Shown in pieces: positions 45,307 to 54,916 of a DNA stretch of 64,000 nucleotides; the first letter of the stretch is position 1; every line of letters starts with the position of its first letter. The stretch comes from a virus (Duplodnaviria > Caudoviricetes). Where the stretch lies: the IMG/VR virus record IMGVR_UViG_3300049988_000245, positions 32,001-96,000 of that record; one strand, 5' to 3'. The position numbers were made by a program, and so were the translations under genes. Below the pieces are notes generated by a model. The model did no database searches and was not told the DNA's origin. It saw only the letters and a program-made list of their open reading frames with translations.

Positions 45307-47352
45307 ATGACGATCGAGCGCACCGACCTGATCCCCGGCGTAACCAAGGTTCGTCTGATCGGATACAGCGAATTTCAAAAGTCGCTGCTCACCTTCTGTG
45401 TTGAACCAGCTTCGTTGCGTTTCCGAAACGCGATACCGGCGATCGGTACGGTTGGGGTGGTCGGCGCGTCTTATAATCTGCGGGAAAACTCCATCCCTGT
45501 GCTGTTCGGTGAAGATACCCCGCTGGGCGACAACGAGGTGGACTGCGACCTCAATACGCTGGAAATCATCGAGAACCCGCCCCGGATGGAGCCGTTTCCG
45601 CTCGGTACCAAGGTGAAGCTGGTCAAGGCCGATCCCCGTCATCGGGGCGTGGGTTCGGCCATCCCCACGGTCGGCCTGATCGGCACGATCGATGCGCAGA
45701 CGGCCCCCGCATGGTGCCAGACCGTTCGGTTTAAGGCGACCGATCTCGGCTACGGCTCGCGTGATGATGACGACGATACGATCTGCCTGTACATCCTGCG
45801 CAACTGCCTGGAGCAGTACGTCCCGGTGGATGATGCGCTCCGACAGATCGTCGCCACCCTGAAAGAGGGACCGAAGGAATTCGATCCCGACACGTACCGG
45901 CCCAAGGTCGATCCCGACGCGCTGATCGACGCCCGTGGACATTGGATGAAGACCGAGCCGTTCCTGCGTAGCAGCATGGAGATGTGGTCGGGCAAACACT
46001 TTGACGACAATGTCAGCAGGTCGATGCTGTTCGAGAAAATCGATCTGGAAGAGCATGGCGCGGTCCGGGAGGAAACAAAGCAACTGTTCTTCCTCAGCAG
46101 CGAGTGCTTCGTCTGCCAGAGCAGGTTCGGCTACACCCCCTCGGAGGGTGGCAAGCGCTTCACCGCGTCCACCGAATGCCCGTATCCGGGCGGCATCCCC
46201 GATTACGATGTGCTGCTCGGCGTCCCCTCGGGGCGGATCGTGTTTGCGAACGACCTGCGTGCCCTGGTGGAGATCGAGGAGCCCCGTGGGACCAGCGTGA
46301 ATTCAATGATCGGCCAGCGCCGTAATACGGAGGCACACGCGGCGGCTGGACTGATCATGATCGCCACCGGCAACACCTGTCCGGGTATCTGGCGGCGGCC
46401 CGATGGGACGATCAGTATCGCCAACTTCCGGGGGAATGATCCGCAGGACGATGACGACCACGAGGTCGAGGGCGTGCACACCCCGGTGGAGGAGCGCGGC
46501 GAGGACTTGGGCAGCATCTGCACGGACCTGTGGGACTTCTGCGCGATGGACTACGGGTACTTCGTGAACCGCTGCGCCGCGCTCAACGAGGACCCGAAGG
46601 ATTTCGACATCACGATCGTCGATGTGAAGGCCGGGACCTGGGCGTTCACGGTCCCGAAGAGCACCGGTCGGGACACTGCGACGGAAATCTACTCCACTGG
46701 TCGCTGGACCGATCAGGCGGCGCCGGAGATTCGCCTCCCCGACACAACCCTGTCGGAGACCCTGGCGGAGAGCCAAGCCTGGAAGGGCCTGAAGGATATC
46801 TGGTCGAGCCCGATCTCCTCGAACGGCTACAAGGGCGTCGAATTCGTGCTGATCTGCTTCGGCACCGGCTACGACTGGACCGATGGGCTGCTCCGCACGG
46901 GCACTCGCCGGGAGGACGAGCCGTTCCGGAATCTCACCGACGCCATGCTGGAGCAGCCCCAGGCGGTGCACCCGCTGGACCAGCACGTGCCGGTGTGGCC
47001 GAACTTCGCCTATCCAATGGGGGAAGCCTTCCTCGGTCAGGAGCCGGGCATCTCGCCGATGTTCCCGCTTTCCATGGGCTACGCGAAGGTCTCGAAAATC
47101 CCGCAGAATGTCGATCCGTGGTGGCTCGCGCTCTCGGTCATGTACGTGAAGGCGATGAAGGATCGAACGGACCTATTCATGACCCGCCATGGCTACACGG
47201 CGGAGAAGCAGCAGGCCGGGATGAATCTGATCTATTCGATGCTGCTCGATCTGGTGGAGGTTCGTGGAGGGATCGACTGGATGCGCCCGTACTTCCGGGA
47301 GTGGCTGGCCGTGGATCAGGAACTTCTTCTGAAGAATCCGCCCCATGCGTGA
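45307..47352 (+). CDS. large hypothetical protein with two N-terminal SH3/KOW-like repeats
   Basis: PGVTKVRL...IPAIGTVG and PLGTKVKL...IPTVGLIG duplication. Confidence 0.55.
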   Translation: MTIERTDLIPGVTKVRLIGYSEFQKSLLTFCVEPASLRFRNAIPAIGTVGVVGASYNLRENSIPVLFGEDTPLGDNEVDCDLNTLEIIENPPRMEPFPLGTKVKLVKADPRHRGVGSAIPTVGLIGTIDAQTAPAWCQTVRFKATDLGYGSRDDDDDTICLYILRNCLEQYVPVDDALRQIVATLKEGPKEFDPDTYRPKVDPDALIDARGHWMKTEPFLRSSMEMWSGKHFDDNVSRSMLFEKIDLEEHGAVREETKQLFFLSSECFVCQSRFGYTPSEGGKRFTASTECPYPGGIPDYDVLLGVPSGRIVFANDLRALVEIEEPRGTSVNSMIGQRRNTEAHAAAGLIMIATGNTCPGIWRRPDGTISIANFRGNDPQDDDDHEVEGVHTPVEERGEDLGSICTDLWDFCAMDYGYFVNRCAALNEDPKDFDITIVDVKAGTWAFTVPKSTGRDTATEIYSTGRWTDQAAPEIRLPDTTLSETLAESQAWKGLKDIWSSPISSNGYKGVEFVLICFGTGYDWTDGLLRTGTRREDEPFRNLTDAMLEQPQAVHPLDQHVPVWPNFAYPMGEAFLGQEPGISPMFPLSMGYAKVSKIPQNVDPWWLALSVMYVKAMKDRTDLFMTRHGYTAEKQQAGMNLIYSMLLDLVEVRGGIDWMRPYFREWLAVDQELLLKNPPHA

Positions 47353-47587
47353 GCCTCGATACGACTTCATCCCTCTCAGTCGAGAGGGATACCACTACGA
47401 CCATAAGTTCGTGATTCGGGAAGACGGCGAATTCTTCAGGAGTAAGTACGACCCGATTCCAAGCGAGGTTGTTGCTTGGCTAGAAGAGCACGTCGGTACG
47501 TACGGCTACGACTACACGAATATCGACGGAGATGTTTGGATATCCGGATCGAAGAAAGCGTTCGAATTTCGTATGCGCTGGTGCTGA
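47345..47587 (+). CDS. small-domain paralog family member
   Basis: VVAWLEEHVG...WISGSKKAFEFRMRWC. Confidence 0.7.
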   Translation: MREPRYDFIPLSREGYHYDHKFVIREDGEFFRSKYDPIPSEVVAWLEEHVGTYGYDYTNIDGDVWISGSKKAFEFRMRWC

Positions 47588-47602
47588 ATTGAGGGGCATA
47601 AA

Positions 47603-47851
47603 ATGAGCGAGAACGGAATCGGTATAAGGTCGGACCATTACGTTCGGACCTGGGGCCTTGGCTTTGGTTTCGGTGGCAAGACCGTTCGCTTGACCAACGA
47701 ACAGTTCTGGTTTGCCATGCTGGACGGAAGAATTCGGTACAGCCTGGGCGAGATTGCGCGGCGAACGGTGTGGAATATGACGGTGGAGCAGTACGAGAGC
47801 CAGCGCCATCCCGGCGCAGATGCCGCCTGCATCTCGTTCGACGACGCGTGA
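47603..47851 (+). CDS. hypothetical protein
   Basis: GAGG RBS; coupled to the next gene. Confidence 0.45.
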   Translation: MSENGIGIRSDHYVRTWGLGFGFGGKTVRLTNEQFWFAMLDGRIRYSLGEIARRTVWNMTVEQYESQRHPGADAACISFDDA

Positions 47852-48066
47852 GCGGCTGCAAGTATATCCCGGAGGGGAATGGCTATGGCGTTCGCTTTAT
47901 GCTTCCGGACAGGGATGACTGGAAAGTCGAAGCCCTACGGGAACTCACCAACTGGCTCACCGATGAATTCGGTGAGCCTCATATGATGCGATGGTATCAA
48001 ATGCAGTGGATCATCTATATCCCTGACCCGACCATCGCAATGGCGTTTCGGCTACGTTGGTGCTGA
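47848..48066 (+). CDS. small-domain paralog family member
   Basis: GTG start; LTNWLTDEFG...IYIPDPTIAMAFRLRWC. Confidence 0.65.
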   Translation: MSGCKYIPEGNGYGVRFMLPDRDDWKVEALRELTNWLTDEFGEPHMMRWYQMQWIIYIPDPTIAMAFRLRWC

Positions 48067-48471
48067 CTCGCCGTGGATCGCCCGGAAAGCCTCGCGATCG
48101 ACCGGGAAGATGTTCTCGGTCTCTGAGGTGTCGAACATCTGCTCGTACCGCTCCGGACCGAGAAGCGTCTTGGTCTGTCTCATGAAGCCGGAGAAGTTCG
48201 TTTCGGCCGCGTCGAGGAAACCTTCCGAGGTGAGTTCGCCCCGATCCATTGCCTGACCCAGGCGCTCATGCTCGCCGCGCATCTTGCGTTGGATGGTCAG
48301 GACGTGTTCGAACTCCTCGGGCGTCACCGACACCTTGGTCTGCTCGAACATCGAGTGAAGCTCTTCGCGATCCGTTTGAACGTGACTGTGCATATGCTGC
48401 CCCTGATGAAAGAGGCAGCATATCTGGTTCGTCGGCTTAGATCGATACCTGTCTGCCCAATTCGACGGCAC
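48052..48471 (-). CDS. hypothetical protein
   Basis: ORF downstream of kup; the true start is probably internal. Confidence 0.4.
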   Translation of the reverse strand: MPSNWADRYRSKPTNQICCLFHQGQHMHSHVQTDREELHSMFEQTKVSVTPEEFEHVLTIQRKMRGEHERLGQAMDRGELTSEGFLDAAETNFSGFMRQTKTLLGPERYEQMFDTSETENIFPVDREAFRAIHGESAPT

Positions 48472-50314
48472 GCTCCGTGGGTATCCGGAAGTGCGCCGAG
48501 GCGTCGGCCTGAGCGGTGGACATCCGGACGAAGAGTGCGTCCTGCCACCAGGGCATCTTAGACGCGCTGGAAACCTTCAGGGTGCGCTTGGACAAGAAGA
48601 AGCTCGTCTTCATCACCTCGAACTTCCAGCCCGCCCTACGACACTGCTTGAGCGCCAGGGGAACGTTCGGGACTTCCATGAACCCGAACCGTAGGCGGAC
48701 CCGCAGGAAGCCGTCGTTCAGGGTCTCGATCCGAACGCGGTCTACTTCTTCCACGCGAGGTTCGTCCACCGTGTCTACGGCGAGAATCACGGTGTTCTGG
48801 TGGAGCACCCGGTTGTGCTTCAGGTTATGCAGGAGCGCCGGGGGCACCTCGTCCGGACGAGGCGTAAAGAACACTGCCGTCCCATCGACGCGATTCTTGA
48901 TTGATTTGGCCAGCGTCGGGATATAGTCGAGCAGGTCAAGAGCTTCCTTGCTCTGCTTGGTCGAGAGTAGTTCCGAACCCTTCCGCCACGTGATCATCGC
49001 GACCATCAGGAGAGCGCCGAACAGCACCGGGAGCCAGCCGCCGTCGAACACCTTCAGTGAGTTGGCCGACAGGAACACCATGTCGAGGGCCAGGAACGGC
49101 GTCATCAGCATGACAGCGAGCGGCATCGGGACCCGCCAGACCTTCCAGGCGACGAAGAACGCCAGCAGCGCGGTCATCACCATGGTCCCGGACACCGCGA
49201 TCCCGTATGCGGAGATCAGCGCCTCGGAGGACCGGAACGACAGCACCACCATGACGACTCCGGTGAGCAGCATCCAGTTGATCTGAGGAACGTAGATTTG
49301 CCCCCGCTCGGTCTCCGAGGTCGGTCGAATCACCATTCGGGGGAGCAGCTTCAACTGGATCGCCTGCTGGGTGAGCGAGAACGCCCCGGTGATCGCGGCC
49401 TGCGCGGCGATGATCGTCGCCAGCGTGGCGAGCAGCACCATCGGGATCAGCGCCCATTCCGGAAACATCAGGAAGAACGGATTCTCCGCATGCTCCGGGT
49501 GAGCCATCAGGAATGCGCCCTGGCCCAAATAATTCAGACCCAGACAGGGGAAGATGAAGCCGATCCACGCGACTTGAATCGGAGTCCGGCCGAAGTGACC
49601 CATGTCCGCGTATAGCGCCTCCGCTCCGGTAACTGCGAGGAACACCGAACCGAGCACCAGCATAGAGGCGAGGCCGTGGTGGAGTAGGAAGTCGAGCGCG
49701 TGGAGCGGGTTCAGGGCCGCCAGGATAGCCGTGTTCTCCCAGATGTAGGGAAGACCAACCAGGGCCATCAGACCGAACCACAGGGCCATCACGGGGCCAA
49801 AGAACGTGGCAACTCGCGCCGTACCCCGGCTCTGCACCACGAACAGGCTGATCAGGATGACCAGGGCGAGCGAAACCACGTAGGGTTTGAACGCGGAGGA
49901 GACCAGATTCAGCCCCTCGACCGCTGACAGAACCGAGACCGCCGGAGTCAGCACGGCGTCTCCATAGAACAGGGCGGCGCCGATCATCCCAAGTATCACG
50001 ACGTACTTGGCTCCGCCCATGGCCTTAAACGCCAGTGCGGTGAGTGCAAGAATCCCGCCCTCACGGTCATTGTCCGCCCACATAATGAGGCCGACATATT
50101 TCACCGTGACGGTCAGGAACAACGTCCAGAGGACCAGGGAGACCAGGGAGACGATCAGGTCGGGGGAATGTGCTCCGGCGCCGGAGGCGACCTTCAGGGT
50201 CTCCTTGAGCGCATACAAGGGGGAGGTGCCGATATCCCCATAGACGACACCGGTCGAGCCGAGAGCCAGTGTGAACAGGCCCGCCTTATGCGGGACCGTG
50301 GTGGTGGATGACAT
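48437..50314 (-). CDS. kup: KUP/HAK/KT potassium transporter
   Basis: GVVYGDIGTSPLYA, GEGG-like REGGILAL, GAEALYADMGHF, LLHNLKHN; multiple TM helices. Confidence 0.95.
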   Translation of the reverse strand: MSSTTTVPHKAGLFTLALGSTGVVYGDIGTSPLYALKETLKVASGAGAHSPDLIVSLVSLVLWTLFLTVTVKYVGLIMWADNDREGGILALTALAFKAMGGAKYVVILGMIGAALFYGDAVLTPAVSVLSAVEGLNLVSSAFKPYVVSLALVILISLFVVQSRGTARVATFFGPVMALWFGLMALVGLPYIWENTAILAALNPLHALDFLLHHGLASMLVLGSVFLAVTGAEALYADMGHFGRTPIQVAWIGFIFPCLGLNYLGQGAFLMAHPEHAENPFFLMFPEWALIPMVLLATLATIIAAQAAITGAFSLTQQAIQLKLLPRMVIRPTSETERGQIYVPQINWMLLTGVVMVVLSFRSSEALISAYGIAVSGTMVMTALLAFFVAWKVWRVPMPLAVMLMTPFLALDMVFLSANSLKVFDGGWLPVLFGALLMVAMITWRKGSELLSTKQSKEALDLLDYIPTLAKSIKNRVDGTAVFFTPRPDEVPPALLHNLKHNRVLHQNTVILAVDTVDEPRVEEVDRVRIETLNDGFLRVRLRFGFMEVPNVPLALKQCRRAGWKFEVMKTSFFLSKRTLKVSSASKMPWWQDALFVRMSTAQADASAHFRIPTERAVELGRQVSI

Positions 50315-50378
50315 GTGGGTGATCCATTGGAGGAGGCGACGTTCTACACCTCTCTCATTGGTTCGACCAAATTGAATT

Positions 50379-50987
50379 TCAGGCAGATTCCTCCTCGGGC
50401 GGGGCAATTTTGTACCACCGCATTTTGAACTCCATCGCCTCGTTCGGGTCCTTAATCACCGCGACAACGTTCCGAAGCTGGTTCGACCATCCACCGGTCA
50501 CGACATGCGGACCTCGAATTCGTTCATTCACCCAGACTTCCATCTCCGTGTGTTGGTCCGAGGTCATAGTAGTCTCGATTCTGTAATTCTTGACCAGCGA
50601 CCTGAACCAATCTCGAACCTCTACAAGAGATCGTGGATCAGAGAATGCCAAACGCCATCCGTTAACATTGGACGACATGTCACCTTCGCGTTGCAGTAGA
50701 ACATTTCCATTCACACCATCGACGAATTTTCTGAATTCGGTGTAGTCCCAAAGTTTATTATTGATGTCCAAATCAGTTACTCGAAACTCTTCCCCGAAGG
50801 AGGCTCCGAAATACCACATCCGATAGTCATTGAACGGGTCTGGTAAGCCATGCGAGGGAATCTTCGCCACTCCCTGGAGCGTATTAGCAATTGGCTGAAA
50901 CTCCATGACTCGGGAGTTCATATTGGTGATCTGCGAGTATACCTCTGGGGTGAAGGACACGCGCGGAACCATTATAACGGTACTCAT
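50379..50987 (-). CDS. paralog family member with two tandem domains
   Basis: WRLAFSDPRSLVEVRDW followed by MEVWVNE...VIKDPNEAMEFKMRWY. Confidence 0.6.
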   Translation of the reverse strand: MSTVIMVPRVSFTPEVYSQITNMNSRVMEFQPIANTLQGVAKIPSHGLPDPFNDYRMWYFGASFGEEFRVTDLDINNKLWDYTEFRKFVDGVNGNVLLQREGDMSSNVNGWRLAFSDPRSLVEVRDWFRSLVKNYRIETTMTSDQHTEMEVWVNERIRGPHVVTGGWSNQLRNVVAVIKDPNEAMEFKMRWYKIAPPEEESA

Positions 50988-51017
50988 ATATATACCCCAA
51001 AGCCCCTAAATATGCGT

Positions 51018-51395
51018 ATGAAGAAGCCGCAGAGACCTCTGGTTCAGAGGTTCTTCCACGACATGTTTACCGGACGTGACAACCATACATTCGATATGGG
51101 TCGTATCCTGTGGTTTCAGTCGATTCAAGCCTTCATCGGCCTGTCCGTGTATGCACTGTACAAGGGCGGCACCTTCGATCCCGTTCTCTGGGGCGCAGGT
51201 CTCGCCGCGCTCATGGCATCTGGTGGCGCCGCCCTCGGGTTGAAGTCTGGCACCGAGCCGGAATTTCGTGAGAAGACCCCGATGGGTGATTTCTCCGGCC
51301 GGATCGATGCAGTTCGAACCGAAGTCACCTCGGTTCGTCAGTCGGCCACCTCCATGGCGGCTTCGAAGCCAGACGAGCCAGACGACGGGGTTTGA
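51018..51395 (+). CDS. putative holin-like membrane protein
   Basis: TAAATA at 51007; DMFTGRDNHTFDMGR followed by two TM segments. Confidence 0.5.
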   Translation: MKKPQRPLVQRFFHDMFTGRDNHTFDMGRILWFQSIQAFIGLSVYALYKGGTFDPVLWGAGLAALMASGGAALGLKSGTEPEFREKTPMGDFSGRIDAVRTEVTSVRQSATSMAASKPDEPDDGV

Positions 51396-52438
51396 TTCGG
51401 CTTCTTTCGTCTCGGACCCGTATTGGTCCCGCGCCGAATCGCCTTTATGTGCATAGGTACGCCACCGGGAAGCTCTTTGTAGGCTTCTCCGCGAATCACC
51501 TTATAAACGGCATCGCCGATACCAAGCTCGCGGGCGATCTGCTTCCCGAACACGTATCGGGTCCGATACATCCGCCGGGCCTGGATGACTTGCTCTTCAG
51601 TCAGTCTGCGACGGAATCCAGACGGTCGAAGTGTTGTTGCTCCCGGAACGTCTGCATAGTACCTTCCCGTAACGATATTGTTGATTGTCGCCGGATCAGT
51701 ACCTCCATAGGCGTCACCAAGCTTCTTAAGTGAAATACCAGACGTATACTGAAGCCGAATGAACAGGACTTGCTCGTCCGTAAACTTGCGCGCCTGATTG
51801 CGTTTTACTAGGGCGCCCGGCAGATGTGCGTACAAGCGTCCGGCCAGGATCGCATTAGTAAGATTTCGGGAGAGACCAAACTTGGCGGCGATCTCCGCTT
51901 GAGTGATGTCCTTTTTTGCGTAAAGGCTACGCATCCGCAGGACGTCCTTTTCCGGAATACTTCCGAGGGGCTTCTTTACCGCCCCGTGGATGTCCTTGTA
52001 GGAACGACCGGAGACGATCGCGCTGATCACAGTAGTTGGAGCCTCGAAGTATGCGGCTAACGCAGACTGTGCCCAATTCTTCTCACGGTAAAGATACCGC
52101 ATAAAAACGACTTGATATTTCTTAAACGTCCGGGGATTCTTCTTTATTGCTCCCGGAAGGTATGCGTATGACCGTCCTGAGATGCAATTGGCAACGCGCT
52201 TTTCGGCCTCGCCCATATAGGCAGCGATCTGACTATGCGTCCATCCGGATCGGGCGAGTTCCCGCATGTGCAAGACTTCGCTTGGCGTGAAAGCCTCGCG
52301 ACCAATCCGCACTTGTCCTTCGAACTCGAACTCCAGATACGCACTGATCGCTGCGTCAGACCACTTTTCGTCGGTCAAACGGCGAATCGTAAGAACCTGC
52401 TGGTCAGTGTAATGGATTGTGGAAGGAGGAGTCGGCAT
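51338..52438 (-). CDS. tandem HTH-array DNA-binding protein
   Basis: Five full repeats and one partial repeat of xTxxQVxxxRxxY...lAxxfG...I..G..Y..LPG. Confidence 0.7.
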   Translation of the reverse strand: MPTPPSTIHYTDQQVLTIRRLTDEKWSDAAISAYLEFEFEGQVRIGREAFTPSEVLHMRELARSGWTHSQIAAYMGEAEKRVANCISGRSYAYLPGAIKKNPRTFKKYQVVFMRYLYREKNWAQSALAAYFEAPTTVISAIVSGRSYKDIHGAVKKPLGSIPEKDVLRMRSLYAKKDITQAEIAAKFGLSRNLTNAILAGRLYAHLPGALVKRNQARKFTDEQVLFIRLQYTSGISLKKLGDAYGGTDPATINNIVTGRYYADVPGATTLRPSGFRRRLTEEQVIQARRMYRTRYVFGKQIARELGIGDAVYKVIRGEAYKELPGGVPMHIKAIRRGTNTGPRRKKPNQTPSSGSSGFEAAMEVAD

Positions 52439-52643
52439 GAAATCCCCGTTTGTGAGCGGAGAAACTACCGGGGCTGGCCTTTTTGGTCAACCGAATCTGG
52501 GCGAACAAAATCGATTTTCAAGGGGACAGGCGGGCTGATGAGGCCGAGGTCCCTTCTGCGTAATCAACGCAGTGGCCTGTTGATGGGCCATATCCGGCGA
52601 ACCGGATTCTCTGACATGGTTAGCCTGCCCCCATGGAAATCGA

Positions 52644-52844
52644 TCACTTATCGTTGAGTAGGGAGTTTCGATACCGATTTTCGGCGATCACTTTGTCCAT
52701 CTCGTCGGCGCGCCGCCGTCTATAGGCAGCGATATCGCAATCAAGGGCCGCCGTTCGACGATTCGATCTAACCCAAAGCATCAGGCAGAAAACGATCGCA
52801 GCCAGCGGCGGCCCAAACAAATATACGAGAGATGGGGATATCAT
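52644..52844 (-). CDS. small membrane protein
   Basis: N-terminal TM helix. Confidence 0.45.
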   Translation of the reverse strand: MISPSLVYLFGPPLAAIVFCLMLWVRSNRRTAALDCDIAAYRRRRADEMDKVIAENRYRNSLLNDK

Positions 52845-53395
52845 TGGTGTGACGAGTGAACCTCTGGGAGGCCCGTATTGTGCATGGTCTCACTTGGGGA
52901 AGTCAATTTTTCCCAATCGCCATCCACGGGTTCTAGCACGTTGACGGCAAATCGGCTGTCGTCGAGCACCTGAAGCCAGCCGATCACGTCTTCGCGCGTC
53001 CCTCGGAAGCCGAACTCTCGCATGATCTCGTCCACGATCATCGGATGGGGTCCGGATTCGGCCTCGCCGATCACGGAGATGCTGAGGTGACGGCAGGGTA
53101 CGCCCGGAGCGTGCTCCTCGATCGCGTATGTGGCCTCGTAGCAGGTAGGAAGCTGTACGGTCTGGTCTCGGTCCATAGTGAGCGGCAGGGCGGCTGTGCC
53201 GTTCTCCAACGCTTCCGCGCGGGACTGAATGGTCGAGTACGGAATGATGTTTCGGTGCGCATCCTGAAGGGCGACCGACATGAGGGCACGGGCTTGATTG
53301 TCGATGATGAGGGGGAGCGACATCGTGTTTCCACCGTGAGAGCGCGCCTGTCCCGGCGCTCCCATGACATTCTCACCCGGCCGTGACGAAGGCAA
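52841..53395 (-). CDS. hypothetical protein
   Basis: Likely start MSLPLII; C-terminal CRHLSISV...P.P. Confidence 0.5.
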   Translation of the reverse strand: MPSSRPGENVMGAPGQARSHGGNTMSLPLIIDNQARALMSVALQDAHRNIIPYSTIQSRAEALENGTAALPLTMDRDQTVQLPTCYEATYAIEEHAPGVPCRHLSISVIGEAESGPHPMIVDEIMREFGFRGTREDVIGWLQVLDDSRFAVNVLEPVDGDWEKLTSPSETMHNTGLPEVHSSHQ

Positions 53396-53418
53396 GTCCG
53401 TCGCTTTAGACCAACCAA

Positions 53419-53676
53419 TTAGTCAAGTGCCTCTACGGTCACCCGAACGCGTTTTCCACGAAGAGAGTTAAACAGGGTGTGGGAATCCTCTCGCCCATTT
53501 TCAGACCATGAGCGGAGTTCGACCGAGAACATCCCGTCCGAGTGGGTCTCCTGTGGGGTCATGACGACGACAATCAGGGCCTGCGCGCCGTCGTCCACCT
53601 CGATATGGTCGTGGTCAACAACACCCTTGCGGGATTCGGTTGGGAACACAAACTCGGTTGCGTATCGAATCATCAT
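53419..53676 (-). CDS. hypothetical protein
   Basis: Coupled ORF. Confidence 0.45.
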   Translation of the reverse strand: MMIRYATEFVFPTESRKGVVDHDHIEVDDGAQALIVVVMTPQETHSDGMFSVELRSWSENGREDSHTLFNSLRGKRVRVTVEALD

Positions 53677-53951
53677 TCAACCCATCGGTAAGCGGTAAAT
53701 CGACCTTCTTTATGAGATTCCTCGACCCAACCGGCGTCACGGCAGTCTCGGGCGATTCGTTCGGCCAGCATCACGGCGGCTGTCACAGGACCCCCATGAG
53801 CGCGTAGTGCATGTACGCAGTACTCGGCTACGTCCTTCACCCGGAAGGGTCGCTGGCGCATATCCACGTAGACCTGTTCGACCACCTCCCAGGCGACCGA
53901 TGTGCCCGCAACAACGTAGCGGTGGTCCTTGAAACAATAATCCCGCGCCAA
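53673..53951 (-). CDS. hypothetical protein
   Basis: GGAG RBS; winged-helix-like size. Confidence 0.45.
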   Translation of the reverse strand: MARDYCFKDHRYVVAGTSVAWEVVEQVYVDMRQRPFRVKDVAEYCVHALRAHGGPVTAAVMLAERIARDCRDAGWVEESHKEGRFTAYRWVE

Positions 53952-53970
53952 CGACCCGTTCTCCAGTGAG

Positions 53971-54861
53971 TTATCGGATTCCCGTATACCCGCCGTCGAA
54001 CACCTTGGCCATAACCCGATCGGTTAAAGATTCCACGAAATCGTCCATCATGGAATCAGCGCCGAATAGACGCTTCAGAGAGAAGCCACGCTTCACCTCG
54101 GTGGTGACGCGGAACAGCGGTATGTTCGAGGCAAACGCATGCAGGATCGCGGAATTGCTGTCGCCGAGTTCGTCAACCAGGGTGCCGACATGGTCCTTGG
54201 CCATGAAGTAGTCGCCGTCCATGGTGGCTTCGGTCACCTGGGGGCGAAACCCCTGGACGTGCTGCTTGAACGCCGTGTGTAGCCCCTGGAGCTTGTCGTT
54301 GACCGCATCCTTGTCCTCGTCCGTTGGTGTCTTGAACGGCACCACGGTGCGTTTCATTTTACCGGCGGTGAAGAGTTCGAAGTGCACTCCGATTCGCTTC
54401 AGCGCGTCCTCGAAGATTGGAATTTGACCAACCACGCCGATCGAGCCGACGAACGCCATCGGGTTTGCCACCAGCTTGGTGGCGACGCAGGCCATCATGT
54501 AGCCGCCGGATGCCGCGATCTCATCCACGAACACCGTGACAGGAATCTTCGCGTTGATCAGCCGCTCCACCTGGGCCGCCGCATTGGCGTACGCGGTTAC
54601 GGGGCCGCCGGGGGAATACACCGACAAGTACACCTGGGTGCCCTTGGCACCAGCGTTGACGATCACCGCGTTCACGTCGTGTTCGAGCTTCCGGAAGGCG
54701 TCTTCCTTCGGAATGCGGGTGTCGAACGTGATCAGGAAGATCGGGCCGCTGCTGGTGTTCTTGTTAGCTTCCATAAACACCTTTTGCGTATTCTTGGTGC
54801 CGATCTGTTTGGCCAGCACCTTGGTCTCGTTCTCGATCTTGGTCTTGTACTTCTTCTTCAT
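53971..54861 (-). CDS. sohB: S49 serine peptidase (SohB/SppA-like)
   Basis: SPGG, DEIAASGGYMMAC, GSIGV, TAGKMKRT. Confidence 0.85.
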   Translation of the reverse strand: MKKKYKTKIENETKVLAKQIGTKNTQKVFMEANKNTSSGPIFLITFDTRIPKEDAFRKLEHDVNAVIVNAGAKGTQVYLSVYSPGGPVTAYANAAAQVERLINAKIPVTVFVDEIAASGGYMMACVATKLVANPMAFVGSIGVVGQIPIFEDALKRIGVHFELFTAGKMKRTVVPFKTPTDEDKDAVNDKLQGLHTAFKQHVQGFRPQVTEATMDGDYFMAKDHVGTLVDELGDSNSAILHAFASNIPLFRVTTEVKRGFSLKRLFGADSMMDDFVESLTDRVMAKVFDGGYTGIR

Positions 54862-54883
54862 AGAAAATCTCCGGGTACACATG

Positions 54884-54908
54884 AAAAGGGCGCCCCGTAG
54901 GGCGCCCC
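54884..54908 (-). terminator. intrinsic terminator
   Basis: GGGCGCCC stem with an A-run, similar to the 31503 terminator. Confidence 0.6.
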
Positions 54909-54916
54909 AGATCGGT

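Noticed and set aside
52520-52560. Hammerhead ribozyme at CTGATGA (52535)
   Set aside because: No GAAA after a stem II, and no stem III or cleavage triplet.
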